From Styela clava (lineage: Eukaryota), in NCBI RefSeq assembly GCF_964204865.1, contig NC_135252.1, positions 21,638,001 to 21,702,000 on the forward strand: a stretch of DNA of 64,000 bases, in the 5' to 3' direction. The notes beneath the pieces are model-generated. The model did no database searches. It was not told the origin of the DNA and saw only the letters and a program-made list of their open reading frames with translations. Shown in pieces: positions 41,601 to 53,389 of this stretch. A program made the position numbers and the translations under genes. How positions within the stretch are numbered: position 1 is the stretch's first letter; the number at the start of each line of letters is the position of its first letter.

Positions 41601-44600
41601 ATGATCAAATACTCAAGGGAAATAAATGTGTGATGGAGAATATAGGTGCAATGACCTAATGGTTGAAATGTCAGACATTGGAGTCTGAGGATAAAGAGGA
41701 TGATGGAGTTCAACCTTTCTATAAACCAGTCGTACTCAGGTGTAACAAATGCCAAAAATAGCGGCTACTTTGTTGTAGTCTTATTTGGAGTAAGGGTGTT
41801 TTAATGCCCCATGAATGCTCTTATTTTGTGGGTTATTTTGAAATATTTACAGCATTTTATTGAAAAGTACAGAACATGCCTGATCTGACATTTATTTTAA
41901 TTTTAATGACTAATCACCACAGCCTAAGCTCAAATGTAGCCGTAGTATCTTAAAATAAAATAGAACGGATTCTGGTAGAACGGTAAGAACGCAAGGGTGA
42001 CCCAAAATGAGGAACCCGAACGATATGTACTGGATCAGACATGGGCATAGTTCGGCCCGCTAGATAATTCAATTTGGTCTGCCTGATGCTGCCACAACCA
42101 AACTGAAACCAAATTTTGATGTTTTAGTTAAAAATAGCTCAAAAACTTTGTTGAGATTGCGGTTAAATTTAGTTTGGGCACGAGGTTTATTGTTTTCCAC
42201 TGTTGCTTTTGTAACACTGTAAACATTGTTCATAAAATGCAACTCTTTACGTCATACTTAGATGGCCCGCCAAGAGTGGGTGGGCAAAATATTTGGGCCC
42301 TGATCCAAAAACCATACTCACCCCTGTTCTAGATAGACAATTTTTTTTTTTGGGGGGGGGGGGGTCACCCTATATCAGAATATCATATCAAACAATAACT
42401 TTCCGTACCAGCCTCTGTTGTACCCATAGTTTGTGATCATACTCCTTCAATCCACCGAAGGCTAGCGGTAAATTCTCAACATCGATGAAGTCAAGGAGTT
42501 CTCCATAGCTGTGGATGACATTATGCTGCATAGATAAACAAATGTTAACCCAGTAATCAGAGGTGCAATGAAAAGCATGTTCCCAATATGCCGACTGTTG
42601 TGTCATAGGTCAAAGAGTGGTAACAAAAGGTAAAAGTATATAACTGTATGCAACGGTAGTTGTAGCTCCTTGCATATCAATGTCTGCTTATACAGAACTT
42701 TGCTTGTAGTGAAAGGCGTCAGTCATATAGGAGTTTCATATAAAAAAAAAGTACACATTCTCCATGTTACCAGGAAGAGCATGAAAATAATAGTTACAGC
42801 AAAGAACAAAATACTAAATAATAACTAAATAAAATTGTGTTTTATTAACAAGATAAACCAATGTCAAAAGTCCGTAATATTTCAGTAATATGAGAAAATT
42901 ATGCAACCGTGTTCTTAATGTTCCTTCCGCCATCCCATGTACTGGAAAGCCATTCAATGCACATTGTTTTGTATGACTGTATTTTTATATGAAAATATGG
43001 ACATATTCTCCATATCACCAACGAAATGAAACAAGTCACAGCAAAGACCAAAGTATTATCAATAAATACCTAAATTGTGATCGATTCATATTAAATCACA
43101 AAACCACATTATAAATCACAAAATTCTTACCTCAGCTTTAATAGCATCAAACTCCGAATGTAAAGATTTGTCTTCAGCGAGAAATATTACCTTTGATATG
43201 ATGCCGGGTCGATTCCCCTGTAATATAAATTATGGGTTTAGAATGACATCAAATTATATGAAACATGGAGCTTAATTCGGTAACCACATATTCTGGGTCA
43301 GACTAAGGTTAAGCCAATTTTGATATTATATGAGTGTTTTTCCAGCATTGCATTTTCTAAACATTTTTGGGAAAACACACATGGTTAATAATGCAGTCAT
43401 AATTGATACAATGCTTGTACATATACGGATTTAAGAATTTGTTCTAGGTTAGGTATTAAAGTTTAGGTAATTTATTAGGTGTAAATATTAATTGAGGTTT
43501 TCTTGTAAAAAGCACCGGTGGGAAATGTCAGATACCTAAAGTATGAATTTTAATAATAAAGTTAAGCGTAAAAAATTCTTCCAATAATAATGAATTTAGA
43601 TAGACAAATGACATCAAATTATATGAAAAGTAGAGCTTAATTTGGTAACCACATATTCTGGGTCAGTTTAGGTTAAGCCAACTTTAATATTGTATTGCGG
43701 ATAGTATTGTGCGAGTATGTTTCGAACATTTTTATCCTAAAGTTGAGAGTATTTTTGTGCAAACGTTTTGCATGAATCCTGATTATCATATAAGCATAGT
43801 GCTTATAGGCTAATTAGATTTAAGGACATTCGTGGTTCATTCATACACCAATGAGTTGAAAATGACATATACTTTTAAAAGTATTAATAATTTATTATTA
43901 AATTTAGTCAAAAAAAAAAATAGAAATAATCAATAGGCTATAGTTTGAAGTTTGAAAACAACTTTGGAGATTTGTTCAAATTCTGGCAGATAAGAAAATC
44001 GATTAAAAATAAAGTAACTATTCTACAATGTCAATTAGTAAATTGTTCAATTCATCCTGGTTTTATATTGAAGTTAGTATATCAAGAAACAAATGAAAAA
44101 ATTCATAGCAAGTGTATATTTTGAACCAAACAGACAAGTTTTTAGGTATTATGTAACTCAACTATATCATATTACATAAAATTAGAATCAAATTATTGAC
44201 AATAATACGTCTAGGGTTATCTGTAAATCATAATTACGAAGATTAGAAATTGTTGGTCTAGTCAAAACACACATTTATCAGTTGTCTTACCAGTTGCCAT
44301 CACCCTGAAGAGAAATGGTAATACTAAAGTCACTTTTTATAAAAAGTAATAATTTAAACTCACTCAGACAGACGGACATAATATTATGAGACTTAGGGAA
44401 GGTTACGGCATATTTGAATTAGAAAGTTGCAAAATTCCTGGCGACTGGCGTGGATGTTACCATATTCCTCCACTCATGATTTGCAATAGGTAGTAGTAGA
44501 GTACATATAAAAGACGGAAGGGAGTACACCAGAGATGTCAAAAATTAAAGAAATTTTCGAATTTATTCAAAATTAACAATATTTGATATTGCATTGTTCG

Positions 44601-47600
44601 ATTCTAAGAATAATCCAGACTAGTTTAATTTGGAAGAATCATTTTGAGCAATTGAGGTTTCATAAAAAATAAAGAACGAATCACATTTTTGTTAATCTTA
44701 ACTTCCCGAAAATGGAAAGGCCAAGTCTAATTTAAATTTGTGGATTTTAAGTCAAAGTACAAAGACTCACTGTAAAAAATGACAGCATTTTAATTATTTA
44801 TATAAGACCAAAATCTAAGCTGAATAAAAAAGTAATTCAATATCTATTCATAAATAATGTAGCAATGAATCTTTCAAATCTTGACTTAGGTGACCAAGTG
44901 ACATACCTAATACCATGAGCTATCAAATTTCATTAGTTAGAAGTAAAAAGCCCTATGAAATATATTCACAGCATAAATAAGAGAAATCTTCATGTATGCG
45001 AGAACATGAGAAAAAAACAGGCATATTGCTGACAAAGAGGCGCTACAGAAGTTTGTGTACCAATATGAAGGTAACAAATTTTTTCGCCTACTTCACATCA
45101 ATTTGTGCAAAGGGACTGGAACTTTTGGGCAAGTTTATATTCACTTGGCTAACACAGACAGTCTCCGAACTAGTAATGAAATAAAACAAGGAAAATCGAA
45201 ATGAAATTATGGTCTAACTGTAACCCTAACCTGGTACACACACTACGGGAGTACCGACAAAGATTTATATTGTTGTGTCTTACTTCTGAAATATACTGCA
45301 AAAGATGAAGGGAGCCCAAAGCCGGTTCCCAAGGATTTTGAATACCTGACATAATAAACTGAAAGTCTGCTATGAAAGTCAAATTTAGTTTTGTTATGTC
45401 CTACCTATATGATCTCTCACTTCCTGCCTCATATAACGATAACAAACTTTTCTTCTTTCAACAAATACCTTGCTCTCCTTTTTTCGACATATGACAATGA
45501 ACCTTCCACGTTTGTAAATACATCCTGGTTATAACGATTAAAAAAAGCTACACCTTCCAATAATCAGACGCATGAAACTTGAGTTTCTAACATCTATATA
45601 ATCTGTTTTTTCTTCTCTGGTAAATGACATAAGTCTTGGTAGGAAAATTTTCTTCATTCGGAATTATCATAATAAGTATTCAGGCGAAGGATAGAGCCAG
45701 GGATGGCCAAAACCGTTCAGAATACACTGTTCAGAATAAATTCTAACAAAATATTGTCGAATATGGTATATCGAATACATTCTAAATTGGGGGAAAATTG
45801 CATATATCACTATATCTCCATGTTGATCACATCTGAAACAGCATAAATATATTGTTTATTGTTTTCTTATGTTGTTTGCTATCAGTTGAAATTTCTTACT
45901 GTTTGATCTGCTTGTCTGACAGCTAACAATCTCTAATTTTTAAATAAAAATATTCTAAATTATTTCTAAATTAAAAAATGTTTTACATTGAATATAATGA
46001 AATTTAAATGTATTCGAATATTTGATTCACTTTGAACATCCTTGGATAGAGCATCAGTTGTCACCAAAGCGCAGAAAACTGACAATAAAACCGTTGATTA
46101 CTCCTGTGCTTAAAACTTCTACTTTCTTCCAAAATATCATAACACAATCATAGCACAAGATAAACTACTTCATGATAGCAATACAAATGTTTATCCCAGG
46201 ACATTGCCAAACTTTGCTTTGCAAAATATTTTTTCTAACTGAAATCATGCATCATTGATTATTGTGTTATTAACTTTGACACGATGCAAACTTGGAGAGG
46301 CCAGATCTAAAAACAATTTAGGCATTCCTTCAAAAGAAAAGATGGTTTAACTTTGGTAATTCTTGTCTGGGTTATCAGTGCACTTCTTTATCAATCCCAG
46401 AAGAAGTTGCATTTTCCTACAAATTCTCTCAAAAATTAAAAAAAAATTATAGAATAAAATTTTAACAATAATACCTGAAACAAAGAAACAGAATCCATAG
46501 TGGTTTCCATGTTTTCCTCATGTCGAATACTAATAACAAGAGTGACATATGAAGCCGATGATCTGAATAAAGTACATAAATTGAATAATTTTGTATAATT
46601 TCAATAACTTGGTATCAAGGATGGCCAAGACGGAATATATTGCTATTTTTGCTATTTCGGATACTTTCTGGAAAGTTAGCATATTTTCAAAGTAAAAAAT
46701 TCATGTATAATTGCGGTATTTCATTTTAAAGGAAAATTTTAATTTTGTGATAGAAATTTTTTTTATAATAAGCATGGATGACCATAACCAATTGCCGGAA
46801 GGCAGGATATTTAATATAGATAGATAATCATAACCAAGGAAACGGAAATCAGCCAATCAGAGGAGATGAATATCTTGAAAAAATTTAAATTTACCCCAAT
46901 TATATTTAATAAAGTACCGTAAAGCGGGGTGACTATGACCCATTTTTGGTCTTTCAGTCAAAATATCTCGAATATTAAAAATCTATGAATTGCTATTCCG
47001 GGTCCAAACTATGCATTTTAGAGGGGGTATACGTCGTGCATAATCATTGAACCAAAATATTTGTTTTTTCTATATTATTTTTTTTAATTTACGGTGGGCC
47101 AAAGTCACCAGCAATTTCGGTACCACTTTGGCCCAGTGCCTATTTCTCCCCATAAATTAAGCTGTACCCATACTGAGACAAAGAAAACATTTATTACAGT
47201 GGGCTTTGGCCCACAGAGACTTTTTAAAAAAACAGAAACCCCAAAAAAATTAGAACACTCAACGAAATCGGCCATTTTATAATGGCACTGCAAAAATCAA
47301 AATTAAACATGTCTGTATTCATTCATAGCAGTTGATATCATGGCAAAAAGGTCAGTTCAGTTCAATTCAGACACTTTATAGATGCCTCGCGCATTTATGA
47401 GATCTGGGGGACTGATACAACGTTTTATGCTGCTCCAGTCGTAAAAAATCTGATCTTTCCGAAATGGCCATCTCCAGTTACATCCAGACTTCTCCATGAC
47501 ACTCACCTCGCACCCGTCAGTTGTGCGGGTTTTGACAATTCCAGGGTATAATTCACCCTCATACGAAATTATAACATAATCACCAATGTTGCATTCTTCA

Positions 47601-50600
47601 AATGGCAAGTGATGAGCAGTTGAAACTACAGAGTGAGAGTTGGATGATTCAGGAGTAGAGGCTTCATCGCATTCATCGTCTGAGGAAACAATTTCAACCG
47701 TTGAATCTGAATCTTCAATATTTTGATTTGCTTGAGCTTTTTTTGAAACCGTTTTTTCAAGTCTTGCCACATCTTCCTCACATGCGCTTTTCCCAGGTTC
47801 TACCTGAACCTTCTTTCTTGTTTTAGTTTCCTTTGCCACAGAAGATCTTAAATCTGAAATTTTCTCAAGAAATTTTTCACTGATAACATCAGAATCATCA
47901 TGACTCGTAGTTCTTGGTAATCTACTGAGAACTTCTTCTTTATTGAGCGGAACAAGTCCTGCTTTTTTAAATCCTGCAACTAGGTTGTTTGCTCCCCTGA
48001 CATCAAGAGCAAAGCAGAGTTTGTTCAAAAGTGCTGGAAACTCATCTTTTCTTAGCGTTGCGGATGTCTGCCTTCTTTCTTTACTTTTCACAGAATTCAA
48101 TATCGATCTCCAAGCGACTTTCATTGGCCTGAAATAGGCAATATCCAGGGGTTGGGTGAGGTGCGTCGAATTAGGCGGTAGACATATGAAAGCTATATTG
48201 TGATCAAGACATGATTTCAGAACATCTGGACTGATATGGGAGGATAAATTATCCCCAATGAGAACTTTTTTCCCATTTTGACGCTTCAGCCTAGGCAGCA
48301 CCATTCGATTAAACCAATCTTGAAAACTAAATCCATCAAACCAGCCTGATCTTGATCTGTTGTATAGTGTCCCTGGTGGTCCTCCTTCAACCCAAGTGCT
48401 CCACAGATTCTCGGCTTTGTACACTACATACGGTGGCATCACTGCTCCTGCTGCATTCCCACAGAACATCAAACTTATTGCAGATTTTGTCGAATTCAGG
48501 ATTCTTTCTGGGTATTTGCAGCCGCGCTTGCATATTATCTTCTTTTGCCCTAAAAATAAATGCTTTGATCACAATACAGTAATATTTATTATCCATACTA
48601 GACTGCAAGCCAAAGTGAAATTTTACATAACACCATAAATAGTTTAAAATTTGATTTGACGCAGTAAATATTTTAAAAAAGGGGATTAACAAAGAACGCT
48701 TGAAAAATTGAATACCGTAGTACTGTATATACTTAAAAGCAAAGTCACTCATACCTGGGTCATCAGTTAAGTTTGTTTCATCATAATTCCAAATATTTTC
48801 CGGGGGCACATCATCCAACTCTTCTTCGATGTTTTCAAAATATTTTTCAATAGTCTCACTCGATACCCCTGCCCTTTTCTTTTTTATATTCGTTGCGAAT
48901 CGCACCGTTAGTTCTGAGTGCCTTTTTAAGAATGCTTTCACCCATTCAACTCCAGGATAATTGCTGTGAAATTTACTGACAGTCACTCCTTTTGCATCAA
49001 GATAAGCTTTAACTATGCTTCTCAAATCTTCCTGTGCTATCGGAAAACCAAAACTGCTTACGGCTATGCAGTGCTCCACTAGAATTTTCTCAGTTTCTGC
49101 AGATAAAACTGTTTGCCCACCAAATTTTTTCATGTGCCTCAGTTTCAACTTATTCTTCAAAGTACTCCTAGGTATATTGAACTGTGCTGCAACGTTTCTT
49201 TGCGATTCTCCCCTTTTAATTGCTTCCAGAGCTCGCTGAAGTTTTTTCTCACTATAATCATGGTATCTTCTACTGCCCAAAACACGACTGAATTTTCTCA
49301 CCATGATTTGAAATAAACTGTTTACATTTATAGATTAACTGGATGACTAGAATGAGAAAATAAATTCGTTTTATTTCTGAAAAATAAAACAAAAAAGTAG
49401 GTTTGTATAGGGTAATAAGGTGGGCCAAAGTCAGTACCATATTACATGGAATTTTGCATTGTGGGCAAAAAACCTCCCTCATACGCCCCCAACTAGTTTA
49501 AACTTGTTCCAAACACCATAAAAACCTTCACAGAGAATATCTCTTCCAACCTGTAAAGAATAAGGACAATTGAATGTTTCTTTTTTGGACTTCTCAATAA
49601 AAGTACTGAGTTGCGATTTTTTTTTCAATTTTTTTATTTCTGACCCTCCAAATGAAAAAGTTTTTTTTCCCAAATATTTTTCATAAAGTGACAAGATTTT
49701 TTGTTGTATAATTATTGCTGCTGTTATTAACTACAGTATCAAAACAAAATAAAATGGGAAATATCAAATAAAAGTAGATTTGGGTGGGTTTTAAACAAAT
49801 TCTCAAAATGGGGCCAAAGTCAACCCGTGAGGTCAAAGTCACCCCGTTTTACGGTACTCAGACCAGCAAAAATGGGAATCTATCAAAGTACATAAATATA
49901 TATTTTCAATTTATCCTGGGAGAGAGGAAAGCTGACAACACGATTGAATCATATGGTGAACTGTGGTCCTCTTCTAGGTACCAGTCCATGTCGGGTATTA
50001 TAGGATGATTTAGCCAGTTATTTGTTTCAGATGCATGGTCTTGATGGTGGAGGAAGCAGCAAATGACCAGTAGGTACAGTACGCGAAACACCCTACAATG
50101 GCGAGGAATCCAGCAATCCTCTTGTACATAATTATCTCTTCGGAGGATTTGAACTAGCGAACCTGCTCAGGGTTATCAGAAGCGCAATGGCAATTATATT
50201 CTTAATAATGCTTAGAACAGTCCATTACCATTTCTTGCTAAAAACTTCAAAGTATGAATAAAACTAATTTGAAATCATAACTTACACAAAATACAACATC
50301 AATCGTGCAATATCAAGTTTTCCATGTTGAAATTCATTTATGATGTCACAGTGTAGAAAAATCACGGGTCGACAATTCTTGTCATAACAGCCTATAGAAA
50401 GAATAAAACAGAGAAAGTAAGAATGAAACATAAAAGGTGGTTGTTCACTCTAATGCCTTTCAAGTAGTTAAAAATGTGTGCATAGATTAGTATTATGGCA
50501 ATAATAAATACCACAACTAAGAATATAATAGGGTGGTGACCGTACATTTGAATCCACGTACATTTGAACCCATGTGTATATCCGCGTGTTCAATCTATAT

Positions 50601-53389
50601 GCGGGTGCTAAAATTCAAGGGTTAGTGTTAGTATGGGTTCAAATATCCGTGAAAATTTTTTTCCATAGGTGCAATTGTCGTGGGTTCAAATGTGCGTGGG
50701 TTTAAATGTAATGAAATCAATAAGGTAAATACAAAGCCAAAGCAAAACTCCTTCTCAAGAGTGATGAATTCCTCACCGATTGGGAGATATTGTACTAAAT
50801 TAATGTAACTGAAATAATGATGATCAGAACTAACAATTAAAATTGATACAGAAAATTTTTTATTTTTTACATTTCAAAAGGGGGGGATCTGATCCTCCCT
50901 CAACCTCCCTCTCCAACACTGGGTCACCTACCTGGATAGGTAACAGCTCCTGAATATAAAACATCTTGACGAACTTCCTTTGCACATCTAGGTCGGCTTA
51001 ATTTGACAAATCCATCTGAAAAATAATGAAACTGGTGATAAGGATATAAAACGTTGCCACCGATGAATATTTGAGAAATTTGAAAACTGGGTACTCCTGA
51101 TTCCTGAAGTATGCGTACCAAGATCGCAGACACCGGAACATACTATGTTTACCAGGTTAGGGTTATGCCATAATTTTATTCCAATTTTCCCTATTTTAGT
51201 TTTATTAAGAGTTCGGGAACTAGCCAAGTGACTCCCGTAATATTTGTACCTGAAATTATAGCCTAACCCTAACCTGGTACACATACTACGTTCCGGTGTT
51301 GGCGATCGTGGTATGTATACTTCAGGAGCACCGAGGATTGTACAAGGATCTTTTATGATAAAAAAAGTTAAATATTTACTACCGCCAAGCAAACTGCATT
51401 TGAATACTTCAAAAATGGTGTAAGATTCTTGGAGCATTTCTCCAAGGGTGAATGAATGAGTCATAAAAAATTTGAAGATTATTGGGAAGAGCATAATTGA
51501 TACAGTGGATTTGACTATGGTGAAAGTAATTTTTCTTTTGAGAAAACTCTCTGGAAAAAAAGAAAAACAAAAAATACCACTTCTAGTGGTTCTAACTAAG
51601 ATTTGTACACATGATAGAAATCCTCATTTCAAATTTATCAAGGATAATGAATTAGAATGTAATAGTGCTATCATCACTTAGCAAAAATTTTAAACCCAAC
51701 CTGATCTGCCAGTAAGATTAGATCACACGTTCACACTAATTCTATATTTACTATTTCAATTAAAATAAAAAAAAGTAAATATTAGAACGGTCAATAATCA
51801 ACATAGCCACTCCCTTGTGGGCTGTGGCCCATCTGATTACATTTTAAAATCAAATTATAAAATAGTTATCAAATGACAACTTAATAATGTCACTTTTTTA
51901 GTCAAGATCAAATACCGTAATACTCAAAAATCGTTTCATATTAAATTTTTTTTATAAATTTCAATAAGTGATATATTATAAAAATCTCACACTGAAACTT
52001 CGAATTTTCCTCAAAATTAGGGATAATAAAGAATATAGAAAAATAGAGCAAGATTTTCATGATTTTCTACAAAAAAAACTTTCACAGGAGACCACTTTGT
52101 GTAAAATAAACACTCTGTCTTGTGTAGAGCAAAAATGGTATTCAAAAGACAAATAGAATGATCATGCTTGGCTTTATATAAATACACATTAATTCAAATT
52201 GAAATATATTTACCTTTGTCTTCTTCCTCATTGTCAAGTTCCTTGTTCACAGGAAGGTCAAGTGTCAAACTTGAAAGTTCTTTGCAATATTCTGGGGTTT
52301 GGCAAGAATTTGACTTTGAGTCGGATAATTTAAAATCGGATTGTTCAGTGTTAAATTGTTCATTCACATTGCATGATAAGTCCTCTTTAGAATAGGCAGG
52401 CGATAATGATTCTGTATAAACAGAAGGAGAATGGCTTGGAAAGAAAATTTCATTCTCTAAAACGCTGTGTAAAATACTGTTTACTTCCTGGCTTGTGGGT
52501 GAAAGGTCATTGTCGTTATTATGATTTCGATATTGTGTCGTAATTTCAGGAAAATCTAATTTTCTTTCAAAAGGAATTACTCTACCGCTATCCTGTGGCG
52601 TTTCTGACTCGTCATTGTTAAAATTCGTTGGTTGTTTTGCCGAGGGCAATATTTGTTTATTTATGGCTTCGCCAATTGTGGGCGATTCACTGTCATCGAG
52701 AGTTTTCACAGTTAAACTGAAAATTTGATTTTCTTTGTCGTCTTTTATGTAATCTTCGGAAAAAACAGTTTCTAAATCATTTGAAATTTGTTCATTCTCA
52801 GCAAAATTGGGTGAATCAAAGTTTGATGTATTAAAGTCACTTTTTTGATCGTTTTTAGTCAGATTAACTGGCGGACTTTCTTGGTTATTTACTCCTTGTA
52901 GAAGTTCTTCCAAAGAAATACTCAAACTTCTGTCAAGATCTTCAATTCTTTTCGTTTTCTTTGCTGTTTTCTTCGATTTTTTTGACGATTTTTTAATTTC
53001 ATTTTGTAAAATGTCACTTGGCTCTACTATTTCTAAAGTAGGTTCAAAATTTTCGTTTTGCATAGGATCTGATGGCTTATTTTCTACTAGTAATCCATTT
53101 TCCGTAAGTAAATCCGTTTCATAGCCAACTTTGTTGGCATAAGATGATTGTTCGACAAGATAAGAAGCATCCACACTTGAAGTGTCTGATTTATTGGCAT
53201 ACTCCATTGCATTGGAGAGTATTGGTACTTGAGGCGGTAATTGACCTTCACGAAAAGTCAATTCGAGTTCGACGGGTAATTTGAGTTCATGGGTTATAAT
53301 AAATGACGTATTATCGTACAACCGTGATCCATCCCATGAGAGCTTTGTCGCGGTTGATTGATTTGAGATTATGATGCCATAATATAAGC
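38506..53389 (-). CDS. PLEKHG4: Puratrophin-1/PLEKHG4/ARHGEF40-like RhoGEF gene, partial multi-exon model: exons 53389-52214, 51015-50932, 50391-50286, 45400-45284, 43217-43131, 42525-42409, 40773-40541, 39196-39058, 38628-38506
   Basis: Manual splicing gives GT-AG junctions with matching phases, except 50286->45400. The peptide ...VLYSGAVTYPGCYDKNCRPVIFL...IARLMLYF...LTFIADF...GIISKVIFL...LLDFIDVENLPLAFGGLKEYDHKLWVQQRLDIE...HRSTMTSLLDDPRVRDLHDSG follows the SEC14-like plus spectrin region of PLEKHG4/4B as I recall it. Exact orthology not tested. Confidence 0.8.
39058..39196 (-). CDS. Exon: SYSDRIHSSYESVCSAIQRFVQAADERLLALERHLLVKQFEESCDR, spectrin-like helix
   Basis: tctttatttag acceptor, GTAAGG donor, 139 nt, phase 2-0. 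Confidence 0.85.
40541..40773 (-). CDS. Exon: DIESYVLLCERLEHNF...HRSTMTSLLDDPRVRDLHDSGHRF..., spectrin-like repeat
   Basis: tttaatcag acceptor, GTAAGT donor, 233 nt, phase 0-2. Confidence 0.85.
42036..42326. mobile_element. Decayed hAT (Charlie-like) MITE
   Basis: cagacatgggca ... tactcacccctg ends, GGCCCGC motifs, degenerate TSD tactggat/ttctagat. Confidence 0.6.
42409..42525 (-). CDS. Exon: HNVIHSYGELLDFIDVENLPLAFGGLKEYDHKLWVQQRL (C-terminal SEC14/CRAL-TRIO motif)
   Basis: L..FID...LP..FGG...YDH..W motif; cag acceptor and GTACG donor; 117 nt. Confidence 0.9.
43131..43217 (-). CDS. Exon: GNRPGIISKVIFLAEDKSLHSEFDAIKAE
   Basis: attacag acceptor, GAG|GTAAG donor, 87 nt, phase 0-0. Confidence 0.8.
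45039..45255 (+). mobile_element. MITE family B copy
   Basis: Perfect 8-bp TSD gacaaaga (45031-38, 45256-63). Confidence 0.92.
45284..45400 (-). CDS. Exon: DITKLNLTFIADFQFIMSGIQNPWEPALGSLHLLQYISE
   Basis: LTFIADF matches the conserved hydrophobic-D strand; GAA|GTAAGA donor is in phase with the next exon. 5' boundary uncertain (weak acceptor, phase conflict). Confidence 0.6.
45698..46044. mobile_element. Short hAT MITE related to 61274-63624
   Basis: cagggatggccaaa ... tttgaacatccttg; perfect 8-bp TSD gatagagc. Related remnants at ~32594-33024, ~38969-38991 and ~46616. Confidence 0.88.
46917..49854 (-). mobile_element. Full-length pogo-superfamily (Tc1/mariner-IS630 group) DNA transposon, 2938 bp, DD35D type
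   Basis: 24-bp TIRs ccgtaaagcggggtgactatgacc / ggtcaaagtcaccccgttttacgg (2 mismatches), TA on both sides (46915-16, 49855-56), transposase gene inside. Confidence 0.95.
47357..49304 (-). CDS. Pogo-like transposase, 580 aa, two exons (49304-48755, 48549-47357): HTH_psq + CENP-B/Tc5 HTH + DDE_1 domain + C-terminal beta-barrel-like module
   Basis: The two ORFs join through a 205-nt intron (CCAG|GTATGA ... tttttag|GG) into ...NYDETNLTDDPGQKKIICKRG...; catalytic Asp in YDET, GDN and QPLD, with 35 residues between the last two; no in-frame stops. Confidence 0.93.
49895..50230 (-). mobile_element. tRNA-derived SINE, longest copy in the window
   Basis: Pol III B-box GTTCAAATCC (50154-50145); 3' half recurs at ~15900-16060 (+), ~39620-39780 (+) and several times in 40810-41420 (-). 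Confidence 0.65.
50286..50391 (-). CDS. Exon: (G)CYDKNCRPVIFLHCDIINEFQHGKLDIARLMLYF(V)
   Basis: ttctttctatag acceptor, GTAAGT donor, 106 nt, phase 1-2; matches the GxxDxxGRP...L..LL.YF pattern of SEC14-like domains. Too short for the ORF track. Confidence 0.8.
50535..50718. mobile_element. Second copy of the 271-473 MITE
   Basis: Colinear similarity; decayed TSD aatagggt/aataaggt. Confidence 0.85.
50932..51015 (-). CDS. Exon: (D)GFVKLSRPRCAKEVRQDVLYSGAVTYP(G), start of SEC14-like domain
   Basis: ttttttcag-type acceptor, CCAG|GTAGG donor, 84 nt, phase 1-1. Confidence 0.8.
51090..51332 (-). mobile_element. MITE family A, diverged copy
   Basis: Same TIR architecture, with some CG>TG/CA changes. 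Confidence 0.85.
52214..53389 (-). CDS. Large 1176-nt exon (phase 1-1), acidic/Ser-rich low-complexity region of the PLEKHG4-like gene
   Basis: The 375-aa ORF extends upstream to an acceptor aatag|GC at 53389; donor GACAAAG|GTAAAT at 52214; splices in frame to the 51015 exon. Confidence 0.8.

Noticed and set aside
44291-44304. 14-nt AG...GT microexon candidate on the minus strand
   Set aside because: Inclusion between 45284 and 43217 would break the reading frame; no supporting evidence.
44393-44475. Peptide HASRQEFCNFLIQICRNLP resembling a SEC14 helix
   Set aside because: Bounded by stops, lacks a GT donor and lies in the wrong exon order.
45469-45524. Apparent exon GCIYKRGRFIVIC resembling the SEC14 GxRDxxG motif
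   Set aside because: The 50391-50286 exon supplies this motif with better splice sites and the downstream LYF helix.
48387-48754. Programmed frameshift or pseudogene interpretation of the two transposase ORFs
   Set aside because: A canonical GT-AG intron restores the frame and the conserved motif spacing.
50140-50230. tRNA gene
   Set aside because: B-box only; no cloverleaf; continues into a multi-copy SINE body.
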